Positions 45,663-54,187 of a stretch of 64,000 nt of DNA are shown here, one piece after another. The number at the start of each line of letters is the position of its first letter. Position 1 is the first letter of the stretch. Position numbers and translations under genes: made by a program. Source of the stretch: an uncultured Candidatus Saccharibacteria bacterium (GTDB lineage Bacteria; Patescibacteriota; Saccharimonadia; Saccharimonadales; JAGQNJ01); contig OZ246406.1 in NCBI GenBank assembly GCA_965231045.1, forward strand, positions 642,208 through 706,207, written 5' to 3'. The notes under the pieces are model-generated. The model was given only the letters and a program-made list of their open reading frames with translations. It was not told the DNA's origin and did not search any database.

Positions 45663-48600
45663 TTAGTTTCTATTAAGTGGATTTGGGTCTTGAGGTCCAG
45701 CCGCTCCTCCTGCAGAAGGGTTAGATACTGGCGACGGGCCACCATTGCCTACCGCGCCACCTCTTGCAGCAGATGGGTCTACTTCACCACCCATAAACCC
45801 AACGTTGTAGGATGATAATAGGTCTTGAACTATACCGATACTGTCGGCGGAACCTCGTGAGTAAGATCCGGCTGTTTGCTGCAGCTGGTTCTTTACACCA
45901 TTAGCAATCTTAAGGCGTTTGTTAATTGTATCTTGTATTTCAGTATCACCCATACCCTTACCCTGAAGTTCTGCACGCCAGGCAAGCAATTGATTTTTCC
46001 TATCAATTCCTCCTTGAATTCCACCCCTGGCTCCACTAGCATTTAGGAGCTCTTTCATGTAACCACCCATTCGAGTGTCTTTATAGAATCCACTCTTTGC
46101 TTGTGCATAGTCATCGGCGCCAAATGTTTCAAGTGCTGCGTAAGCTCGCTCACGGTCAGCTACACCGGAAACGAAGTTGCCATCATGATCGATAACATGA
46201 CCATAACCTGGCTTAACATCTGGGTTCTTACTGGCACCAATTGCTTCGGCTTGTACTACTGCAGCATGAGCAAATGCAGTATCTGCCCCCTCTTTTTTCA
46301 ATAAATTACCTGCATCGGCAGCATCATTTGGGTTGAAGAACCCGTGTGCAGCTAGACCCATAGCGCTTCCAACAGCTGTACTGGCATAATTCATATCTGC
46401 GTCAGCGTACATACCAGCTGTAAAGGCAGCATTGGCGTGTAGTGCTTCACCGGCTTTACGTTCACTGTCGCTATCGCTTAAGTGCATGATCTTGGCCATG
46501 TCAGTAAAATCTTTTTCGGTTTTAAGTGATCTGGTTGCTCTAATTTGTTCAACTCCATTACTGTCGGTGTAATTTTCTGCAAAACCATTTTGAATAAGGC
46601 GTTCTTTTGTTGCGGCGCTAAAACCATCATACATACCACCAACAGCACGATAAAACTTATCGTTTGCTCCGTGCTTGTTAACGTGTTGCAACCATTTCTC
46701 GGACTGATCCATGACTGAAGATTCAATGTCTGAGTGGAGTCGACGACCGGCAGCTGACAACCCGGGAATTCCAGATTGCGTTCCAGGTATCTTCCAGTCC
46801 TTCGCTGCATACTGAAGGTTCTTGCCGGGGGCTGCAGTCCATGTAGCAAGCTTGTTAGGATTCACCTTGCCAATTTGACGACCAACCTTTGTCTTTCCAA
46901 ACCTACTATTTTTAAATGCATCAATGGTTGCAGGGTTATAAAGTTTTTCGTTCTTGGCACGTTGCATGCGGTCGGCAAAACGTTCCTGACGACCTTTCTT
47001 AAGTCGGTCAAACACACCACGAGAACGGTCGTTGGCAATTCCGCCAACTTGAGCAATGGCGCCACCAGCAAGCCTAAACGCTGCCGGGAGGGCAAAGTAT
47101 GGGCCAAAGTAGGCAATAAAGGCGATACAACTTGCCAGGAAGTTACTTTGCCCAGATTGGTTTGCGTTCTGGGTAGCAATCGCTGCAATTACACGACCAC
47201 CAGCAATAAATAAGGCAATGATTGGGAACACAACAAGTGCACGTATAAAGAAATCCCACCACATTTTCCATACTCTTTCGGTATTTGGCAGTATCCAACA
47301 AACGATGGCTAAGGGTGCAGTAACTACTAGTAAAATTATAATGATTTGGCGAAAGACCAATATACCGAACGCGATGATAACCGCTAGCAGCGCAGTAGCA
47401 ACAAATGACAATATACCTATAAGCCCAAGCCCAACAATGGCTACACCTGTGCCGATACCTAGTAATGAGGTTGCACCTTGATCAAAACGGACAGTCCCCA
47501 AGCTCTTAAACGGACCATACAACAGCGAGCGGACGCCAACCCCGAGGTCATTAAAGAAGTCGATTGCAAACTTACAAAGATACCAAGAAACCGAAATCCC
47601 GATAATACCTATAAGAATCTTCGGCATTATTTTCTTAATTGTATAGGCATCAAAAATCCCGAAGTTCAGCGCCTGGGATATGATCATTATTAAGCCAACA
47701 ATTACCAATAAGCCAAGCGCAATATAACGGAAGCTAGCCCAAGTATTAAACAGGGCTTTTCCGTTATCAGTGTTTTCGTCATATATACTGCCCTGACCTG
47801 TTTGAACGGTTAGCTGGCTAGTGATTGCATTATCAAGCGTATTAACGGCTAAAGTTGCTGCTGTGATTATAGGACACATTAGCCACGTAAGCGGGTTGAG
47901 TAGCTTAACTTCACAATCAGTCTTAGGCCCACCTGCTCCAGATCCAGTACTGTCTGGTGTAGTTCCACCAGGTTTTTTTACGGCTTCAGCATCGTCGATA
48001 ATTGCCTTAACCGCAATATCTGGATTGTTGCCTTCTTGTGTATGATATGTGGCATCTTGTATACCTTTTTTTGGAGGGTCTTTAAACTCAAGTGATACTG
48101 CGTTACCTCTTACATCGCCTTGGGTAAATATCTTGCCATTTGGGTCATCCCCAATCTTGTTAAATCCACTGGCTTGGCCATCAACACGATCAAATGAGTT
48201 GCTACCAGAATGCTGCCTAAACCAAATAGTTCGATTTTCCTCGTGGGATAGATCAAAAACTAGATTTCTACTTGTTGAAGTCCCAGGTATATGTGGGCCA
48301 GGCCCCCATTGGTCACCAATTAATGTCCTGCAGACTCCTTTATTGTCCGGAATCCAAAAGTTATTGCTATTTATGAAGAACTTATTAGTGGTTGGGTTGC
48401 CTGGAGCATCAAGATCGTCATATATTTCTGCAATGTTTTCCTTGTCGTTACATAAAGCTTTTTTGCGAAATAATGTTGTCTCTTTTGAATCAGGCGCGAT
48501 ATTACCACTGTTAAAGTTATCACCCTGAATAGATTTCTTTATGTTAGCATTTACTTCATCGATGCCTTTGCCATTATTGCTTTCACACCACTGCTTTACG

Positions 48601-48887
48601 CCATCGACATCATTAAGAATGCCACAGTCTCCAATTCGAAAATCAGTAATTTTTATGGCATGCCTATCTACCCATTCACCAGATATAGTGTAACCTAGAC
48701 CATTAGTTTCATCATGACCACCTTGTGGCTTTGCGCTAGCTTTATATGTCAATAAACTTGAAAAGGTTAGCGTGAAGAAACCAACGATAAACAAGAATAA
48801 AAATAAGACTGATAATGTTTTTTTTGTAACAATGCGCATTTCAAATAGCTTATGTATACATTTAAGCTTATAACAACTTACAAACAA
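45663..48887 (-). CDS. VirB6/TrbL-like polytopic T4SS channel protein with large N- and C-terminal extra domains
   Basis: 1074-aa ORF whose likely start is MRIVTKK at nt 48839. It has a signal/anchor, a ~330-aa extracytoplasmic domain and 7-8 TM helices at about aa 340-620 (..VVTAPLAIVCWILPNTERVWKMWWDFF..). A ~450-aa cytoplasmic tail follows. Confidence 0.7.
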   Translation of the reverse strand: MFVSCYKLKCIHKLFEMRIVTKKTLSVLFLFLFIVGFFTLTFSSLLTYKASAKPQGGHDETNGLGYTISGEWVDRHAIKITDFRIGDCGILNDVDGVKQWCESNNGKGIDEVNANIKKSIQGDNFNSGNIAPDSKETTLFRKKALCNDKENIAEIYDDLDAPGNPTTNKFFINSNNFWIPDNKGVCRTLIGDQWGPGPHIPGTSTSRNLVFDLSHEENRTIWFRQHSGSNSFDRVDGQASGFNKIGDDPNGKIFTQGDVRGNAVSLEFKDPPKKGIQDATYHTQEGNNPDIAVKAIIDDAEAVKKPGGTTPDSTGSGAGGPKTDCEVKLLNPLTWLMCPIITAATLAVNTLDNAITSQLTVQTGQGSIYDENTDNGKALFNTWASFRYIALGLLVIVGLIMIISQALNFGIFDAYTIKKIMPKILIGIIGISVSWYLCKFAIDFFNDLGVGVRSLLYGPFKSLGTVRFDQGATSLLGIGTGVAIVGLGLIGILSFVATALLAVIIAFGILVFRQIIIILLVVTAPLAIVCWILPNTERVWKMWWDFFIRALVVFPIIALFIAGGRVIAAIATQNANQSGQSNFLASCIAFIAYFGPYFALPAAFRLAGGAIAQVGGIANDRSRGVFDRLKKGRQERFADRMQRAKNEKLYNPATIDAFKNSRFGKTKVGRQIGKVNPNKLATWTAAPGKNLQYAAKDWKIPGTQSGIPGLSAAGRRLHSDIESSVMDQSEKWLQHVNKHGANDKFYRAVGGMYDGFSAATKERLIQNGFAENYTDSNGVEQIRATRSLKTEKDFTDMAKIMHLSDSDSERKAGEALHANAAFTAGMYADADMNYASTAVGSAMGLAAHGFFNPNDAADAGNLLKKEGADTAFAHAAVVQAEAIGASKNPDVKPGYGHVIDHDGNFVSGVADRERAYAALETFGADDYAQAKSGFYKDTRMGGYMKELLNASGARGGIQGGIDRKNQLLAWRAELQGKGMGDTEIQDTINKRLKIANGVKNQLQQTAGSYSRGSADSIGIVQDLLSSYNVGFMGGEVDPSAARGGAVGNGGPSPVSNPSAGGAAGPQDPNPLNRN

Positions 48888-48922
48888 TAACTAGAGTTTC
48901 TTAAAAAGTAAACACCCTGTTA

Positions 48923-49942
48923 TCAACTGTGTGATATAGAGACTAAATAATCGCAAGCTGCTTGCTCTTGGTCGGCAGGAAGATCGTGAACGCTTACAAC
49001 TCCGCCTACAATCATTTTATTTGGGCCTGATCCACTGGTATTAGACGCAATATAACCAGATTCTTTCCATTTACCAAGTTGCGGATCACTAGTAAATATA
49101 CTGTCTATTTTTACATTTATATTTGCACTATCCGGGGTCTTGTATGTTCTTATGTTTAAGTCATTAGGGAAGATTGGCCATATGATATTATTTGCGCCAT
49201 CTACTTCCCAAAAGCTATTCTCGCTCGTCTGATAGTTGGTATCTTCTTTCCCTGTTGATGAAATGTAGATAAATTTATTACTTGAACCTGGGGTAGTATC
49301 CTGTTCAGTAAATTGTATTGGGTTGACAGTAATAGTCGAAAAAGAATGTGTACTATTGTCAGACTTATCGATGTATCTTCCATAACCTTTTATAACGCAT
49401 TCGCCGAATGCAACTGGCTGCTTTGTGCCAGGTACCTCGCTGTAGGATAAGCCATGTTTTCTAGAGAACTTATTAATAACATCATCAGTATTAACTTTAT
49501 CTTTTTCTCGTTTAATTTGATCAATATCTTCAGTAGACAATGTTGTTATAAGTTTATCTTGATCCACATTGCTTCCACTTGTTGTGCCATAACTCCAGGA
49601 AATATCTTTGCCATCAAGCGGAGAGGGCTTATTTGTTGGTGTTTCGCCAGGGGCAGGTAGACCTAAAGTCACAGGGGTGTTTGGATTTGGCTGCGTGTTT
49701 TCTGTGTCACCATGGCGCGTAAATGCCAACGTGGCAAGCGTTACAGCACCGGCCAAGGCTACCGTGCCGACCGTTAGGAAAACCCCCCGATGTTTTCGTG
49801 TTTCAGGGGTTATCGGGCTAAAGCTATCAAGATCTGGGAGGGCATTAATATCATAAGTAGAATCAGGGGTAGGCACGCTTTGTTCTAGCTCCGCTGGCGG
49901 AGGAGTTGGTGCTTGGTGTGATGTACGCTGAAATAGCTGCAT
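48923..49942 (-). CDS. bitopic membrane protein, first gene of the T4SS-like minus-strand operon
   Basis: 339 aa with a ~50-aa Pro-rich cytoplasmic tail, one TM helix (VFLTVGTVALAGAVTLATLAF) and a ~265-aa extracytoplasmic domain. Confidence 0.6.
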   Translation of the reverse strand: MQLFQRTSHQAPTPPPAELEQSVPTPDSTYDINALPDLDSFSPITPETRKHRGVFLTVGTVALAGAVTLATLAFTRHGDTENTQPNPNTPVTLGLPAPGETPTNKPSPLDGKDISWSYGTTSGSNVDQDKLITTLSTEDIDQIKREKDKVNTDDVINKFSRKHGLSYSEVPGTKQPVAFGECVIKGYGRYIDKSDNSTHSFSTITVNPIQFTEQDTTPGSSNKFIYISSTGKEDTNYQTSENSFWEVDGANNIIWPIFPNDLNIRTYKTPDSANINVKIDSIFTSDPQLGKWKESGYIASNTSGSGPNKMIVGGVVSVHDLPADQEQAACDYLVSISHS

Positions 49943-50039
49943 GGCAACCCCTTAAATTGTAATAATATTATACCATATCTATACAACCCTTTTCACAACA
50001 TGCCTTTTAGGGTATTATTAAAAAAATGGCCAAATAAAA

Positions 50040-50543
50040 ATGACCCCAGATACATCAAAACCAGATTATAGCTTCATAATGGATCAGCCAGGTCCCAACC
50101 TGGAGGCTCCAAAACGCTCCAAAAAACCACTTATTTTTATTGGTGGCATGATAACTATTTTCGTAGTGTTAATAGGCATAGCGCTGATCAGTAAGAAATC
50201 AACCAATGTACAACAGTCAGTAGCAGGTCTTAATGAAACGAAGACACTGTTTGGTTATATGGCATCAAATAACGTCGATGGAGCCTATAATTCATTTCAG
50301 CCCCAGGCTTCACTTGATAAAACATGGTTCACTGATAACTTCTTTACACCCTATAATCAAAGGTTTGATATGCAAAGCTGTACAAATCAGCCAAAAGGCT
50401 ATCAATTAAGTGATACAGACGCCAAATTAGTATTCCTTTGCCCCTTCAAGGATGATAAAAGCAAAACTGTAACACTTTCGATAATAGTTGATAGACAGTC
50501 TGAAAAGATAAAGAAGTTAGAAATGGTAACAAGCAGTTCATGA
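50040..50543 (+). CDS. small bitopic protein (paralog of 51380-51871), precedes a headed pilin
   Basis: 167 aa with a Pro-rich tail, a basic patch KRSKKP, one TM helix and a ~110-aa domain with a Cys pair. ATGA overlap with the next gene. Confidence 0.6.
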   Translation: MTPDTSKPDYSFIMDQPGPNLEAPKRSKKPLIFIGGMITIFVVLIGIALISKKSTNVQQSVAGLNETKTLFGYMASNNVDGAYNSFQPQASLDKTWFTDNFFTPYNQRFDMQSCTNQPKGYQLSDTDAKLVFLCPFKDDKSKTVTLSIIVDRQSEKIKKLEMVTSSS

Positions 50544-51379
50544 AAAAGCTTAGATATTTTATTAAAACCATTATTACCGCTGTAATTTTACAGGCTGTAA
50601 TATTTATAGGTATTGCTGCCCCTGTCTATGCCGCTGCACCAGTTTGTTACCAGAGAGAGCCGGCAAATTATGTGCAGTTAAACCCGCCAATTGTAACTAG
50701 GGTTCTGGACTGTGGCGGTAATCCTAACTTTCATGAAATAGAAAAAAATGTCAGAGGGCACGACCTGTCTGACGATACTTGCTACATAATCCAGGCTGGT
50801 GTAAACGGTATCACTAATGGAGATCCTTTCGGGTCAGATATATGTAATGCGGCAGAAGCCGCACGAATTGATAAGGGTACACCAGTTAATGGTGATGGGA
50901 CGCCAACAAGCCAAACACCAGCAGCTCCAACTGGTAGTACAGGAGGAAATACAGGTGGCGGCGCTACCACGGGTGCAACGGCAACGACAGGCAGTGCACC
51001 AAACACGAATAATCCTTCAGCTCCATCTCCAACCCAGCCAGCTATTGCAGATAGATGCACGACAGTTGACGGCAAACCTGACCCCAACCAAACGGGTTGT
51101 GGTTTTGAAGGTACAAATAATTGTGATGCAGGTAATCAAGGTAAGGATTGTAGTATTACAGACAGGCTTCAGACCATCGCAAACTTCTTATCTGCTGGGG
51201 TTGGCATAATTATTGTTATCATGCTTATTATTGGCGGTATCCAATATACAACGGCCGGAGGTGACCCTGGTAAAGTTGCTGCAGCCAAGAACCGTATTCT
51301 GAATGCTATTTATGCACTGATTGCCTTCTTCTTCTTGTATTCGTTCTTGCAGTGGATTATTCCAGGAGGAATCTTCTAG
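50540..51379 (+). CDS. VirB2/TrbC-like pilin with Cys-rich N-terminal head domain
   Basis: 279 aa with a signal peptide (..APVYA-AAP), CY...DC hairpin motifs and a T/G/A/P-rich linker. The C-terminal helical hairpin reads GVGIIIVIMLIIGGIQYTTAGGDPGKVAAAKNRILNAIYALIAFFF. Confidence 0.7.
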   Translation: MKKLRYFIKTIITAVILQAVIFIGIAAPVYAAAPVCYQREPANYVQLNPPIVTRVLDCGGNPNFHEIEKNVRGHDLSDDTCYIIQAGVNGITNGDPFGSDICNAAEAARIDKGTPVNGDGTPTSQTPAAPTGSTGGNTGGGATTGATATTGSAPNTNNPSAPSPTQPAIADRCTTVDGKPDPNQTGCGFEGTNNCDAGNQGKDCSITDRLQTIANFLSAGVGIIIVIMLIIGGIQYTTAGGDPGKVAAAKNRILNAIYALIAFFFLYSFLQWIIPGGIF

Positions 51380-51871
51380 ATGAACCCAAATACACAGCAG
51401 CCATTATTTATGAGCCCCAACATACCTCAACCAATTGAGCCTATGAAACAACCTAAACCAAAGAAAAAACTATTTATTATAGTTGGTGTTTTATTGTTAA
51501 TTATGGTTTTGGGAGCAGTTATTGTGGCTATAGCGCCAAAGTCCTCAAAGAGTAATACTCAAAGCACTCAAGCTAACGCAACTGCCGATCAATTAGTTCA
51601 AAAAATTAAAGATGAAAAGTATGTTGATGCTTTTGCGGCCATTGATTTTATTGATAGGCCAAACCGTCAGCGTTCAGTAGATATTATTAGTGAGATGAAG
51701 TACCTGCACGATAATTATCCCCTAAACAATTGCACATCAGACAAGAAAGACACAGAAATTACCTATACCTGTAAAAATGATACCAAACAGATTACGGCAT
51801 TGTTTAAATTAAGTAGTAATTCACCACAGAAAATCATAGACTTTCAATTAGGTTCAGAGGCAACATTATGA
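51380..51871 (+). CDS. small bitopic protein (paralog of 50040-50543), precedes a headed pilin
   Basis: 163 aa with the same architecture as 50040-50543: Pro/Gln-rich tail, KPKKK, TM helix and a domain with a Cys pair. Its start abuts the previous stop, and it has an ATGA overlap with the next gene. Confidence 0.6.
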   Translation: MNPNTQQPLFMSPNIPQPIEPMKQPKPKKKLFIIVGVLLLIMVLGAVIVAIAPKSSKSNTQSTQANATADQLVQKIKDEKYVDAFAAIDFIDRPNRQRSVDIISEMKYLHDNYPLNNCTSDKKDTEITYTCKNDTKQITALFKLSSNSPQKIIDFQLGSEATL

Positions 51872-52827
51872 GAAGACTTGTAAAAAAATACCATGAGATA
51901 CTTGCACTAGCTTTAATAGCTATCCTATATATTATTAGCCCAATTTTCTTACCGGCGACTGTTTGGGCCCAAAGTGCTAGCCAAGTAACTTGTTATTCGA
52001 ACAACCAATTTACGAATAAACCAGAACGAGCACCGGCAGGTGTTTGTAACTATGATGCCCTCAAATCAGCTGGATTTGTTATGGGTAACTTGCCCAATCC
52101 GTTTCCGACTGGCCAGGCCATTTGCTATTATTTTCCTGATTCTGGTGATCCTACAACTGTCGATTGCAATGATCCTAAATATAAAAATGCACCTGAGTGG
52201 GGACAGTTCCCTCTCCCGCCAGTAAGTACAAAATGCTATTCAGGCGAAAACTCTCAGTATAAAAAAGTTGATTGTACGATTGATTTTGAAACTCAAATCG
52301 GGAGTGCTCTTGAGGGCGATAAGTGCTACTTAGTTGATACCACTACCTCTACGCAATATAAAGGCGTTGTCGATTGTAATAAGCCAATAATCAAAGCTGC
52401 TGAAGATGCGGCCCTAGCAGCTAAGAGCGGCGGTTCGGTTAATCCGGGTACTCCGTCCAAATGCGGAAAGGGTGGAGAGTTCTTCGGGCTACCTACATGG
52501 TATGAATTTTTACCACCAGGTGATAACTGTTCCATCTCACTACAGAAGACTGATGCTAATGGTGTCCCGCAATACGACAATGGCAAAAACGTCTATGACT
52601 TCAATAAACTTTGGCTAGTAGCCCTAGCGATTGCCGACATATTACTCTGGATTGCTGGTCTTGTGGCCGTCCTGTTTGTTATCTACGGTGGTTACCAATA
52701 CATAACTAGCCAGTTTGATCCCGAAGGCACCAAGAAAGCCAAAGATACCATCATTAATGCGCTGATAGGTTTATCGGTAGCTATTTTATCAAGTGCTATA
52801 GTCAGATTTGTAGGAAGTAAATTATGA
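51868..52827 (+). CDS. VirB2/TrbC-like pilin with Cys-rich N-terminal head domain
   Basis: 319 aa with a signal peptide (..ATVWA-QSA) and four CY-x(n)-DC motifs. The C-terminal hairpin reads LLWIAGLVAVLFVIYGGYQYITSQFDPEGTKKAKDTIINALIGLSVAIL. Confidence 0.7.
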   Translation: MRRLVKKYHEILALALIAILYIISPIFLPATVWAQSASQVTCYSNNQFTNKPERAPAGVCNYDALKSAGFVMGNLPNPFPTGQAICYYFPDSGDPTTVDCNDPKYKNAPEWGQFPLPPVSTKCYSGENSQYKKVDCTIDFETQIGSALEGDKCYLVDTTTSTQYKGVVDCNKPIIKAAEDAALAAKSGGSVNPGTPSKCGKGGEFFGLPTWYEFLPPGDNCSISLQKTDANGVPQYDNGKNVYDFNKLWLVALAIADILLWIAGLVAVLFVIYGGYQYITSQFDPEGTKKAKDTIINALIGLSVAILSSAIVRFVGSKL

Positions 52828-53123
52828 TAGGAATATATATGCATTACTTATACTATCTAGCCAGCATTACTAAACCGCCAAGTTTACCTAATACAACGGC
52901 AACACCAGATAAGATTACTACGATACTCCAGGTGTTATTTGTGCTAATGGGCTCCATTGCTTTGCTCATGGTTACGATCGGAGCTTTTAAATATGTACTC
53001 TCCCAAGGTGAACCAACAGCGGTTAAAAGTGCCAAGAACACAATTATGTATGCTGTAATTGGTCTGGTAGTTGCACTTAGCGCATGGTCAATCGTAACAT
53101 TTGTAATAAAGGCATTGTTCTAA
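52824..53123 (+). CDS. short VirB2/TrbC-like pilin
   Basis: 99 aa with LMGSIALLMVTIGAFKYVLSQGEPTAVKSAKNTIMYAVIGLVVALSAW. ATGA overlap with the upstream gene. The N-terminus is atypical, with no clear signal peptide. Confidence 0.7.
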   Translation: MIGIYMHYLYYLASITKPPSLPNTTATPDKITTILQVLFVLMGSIALLMVTIGAFKYVLSQGEPTAVKSAKNTIMYAVIGLVVALSAWSIVTFVIKALF

Positions 53124-53125
53124 TC

Positions 53126-53539
53126 ATGAAAATACTTGCAAGACTCTTTATTACTATCCTCACTGCTGGATTATTGTTGGCTCCAGGCATAGTTTATGCT
53201 CAAACAACACCTGCTCCTGCAGCACCACAAACTAACGTTCTTGATCCGGTATGCCCTACCAGTGGCGCAGGCTCGACTGCCCATGTATGTAGTAGTCAGA
53301 ATAACACCCAGATTGATGGTTCAGGGGGTATAATTGTTAAGACTACCCGAATCGTGGCCGTTATTACTGGTGTAGCATCGATAATAATGATCATGGTCGG
53401 GGGATTCAAGTACGTTATTTCCCAAGGTGAAAGCGCCGAAATTAACAGCGCCAAGAACACTATACTTTACGCCTTAGTGGGGCTGGTTATATCAGTTTCA
53501 GCACCATTTATAATTGGCTTTGTAATAAATAGACTATAA
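53126..53539 (+). CDS. short VirB2/TrbC-like pilin
   Basis: The start was moved to ATG 53126 (MKILARLFITILTAGLLLAPGIVYA-Q signal peptide), 2 nt after the previous stop. The core is GVASIIMIMVGGFKYVISQGESAEINSAKNTILYALVGLVISV. Confidence 0.75.
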   Translation: MKILARLFITILTAGLLLAPGIVYAQTTPAPAAPQTNVLDPVCPTSGAGSTAHVCSSQNNTQIDGSGGIIVKTTRIVAVITGVASIIMIMVGGFKYVISQGESAEINSAKNTILYALVGLVISVSAPFIIGFVINRL

Positions 53540-53551
53540 GAAAGGTTCAGA

Positions 53552-54124
53552 ATGAAGATAATAAAAACTATACCGATGCTGATCTCACTTATACTGGGCT
53601 TTGCAGTGTTAACAGCACCAGTGGCTGTGCTTGCCCAAGCGACAACCCCAGCGCCAGCGGCGACACCAGCAGCATCATCGAATAAAGACGCCGTATGTGA
53701 CGGCATTGGCCTTACAGGCGGTAATTGTCAGACAGATCCAGCCCCGCAGCTAAATACAGTCATAACCACTGTGATTAATCTCTTAAGCCTACTAGTCGGT
53801 GTGACATCTGTGATTATGGTAATTGTCGGTGGCTTCAAATATGTAACTTCGACTGGTGATAGCAATAGCATAAATAGCGCCAAAAACACCATAATGTATG
53901 CCCTTATTGGCCTAGTAGTTGTGGCGCTTGCGCAAGTAATCGTTAAGTTTACTCTGGCTAGAGCCACAAAACAGCCGACTTGTTCGGCCACAGTAACGAC
54001 CAACTGTACTCCTGCACCAGCGAGTGGTGGTACAGGTGGAAGTGGTGGATCGGGCGGTGGTTCCGGAGGAGGTGGATCAGGTGGAGGTAGCTCCAGTGGT
54101 GGTTCCGGAGGAGGTACCCCATAA
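53552..54124 (+). CDS. VirB2/TrbC-like pilin with C-terminal Gly/Ser-rich tail
   Basis: 190 aa with a signal peptide (..VAVLA-QAT). The core is GVTSVIMVIVGGFKYVTSTGDSNSINSAKNTIMYALIGLVVVAL. A Cys pair and a GGTGGSGGSGGGSGGGGSGGGSSSGGSGGG tail follow. Confidence 0.75.
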   Translation: MKIIKTIPMLISLILGFAVLTAPVAVLAQATTPAPAATPAASSNKDAVCDGIGLTGGNCQTDPAPQLNTVITTVINLLSLLVGVTSVIMVIVGGFKYVTSTGDSNSINSAKNTIMYALIGLVVVALAQVIVKFTLARATKQPTCSATVTTNCTPAPASGGTGGSGGSGGGSGGGGSGGGSSSGGSGGGTP

Positions 54125-54187
54125 AGAAGATCTTGATAGATGTAAAATTATTATGGTAAAGTTATAACAGTTTAAGGAAAGGAAAAT

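Noticed and set aside
37123-48528. Many 60-165 aa plus-strand ORFs in the track, for example 38189-38584, 39533-39898, 42417-42914, 46776-47213 and 48049-48528. Also minus-strand ORFs inside plus genes, for example 4112-4606, 15624-15950 and 50782-51087.
   Set aside because: They lie entirely antisense to, or out of frame within, much longer ORFs that carry clear protein-family motifs. Their sequences are low-complexity shadow translations. I treat them as non-coding.
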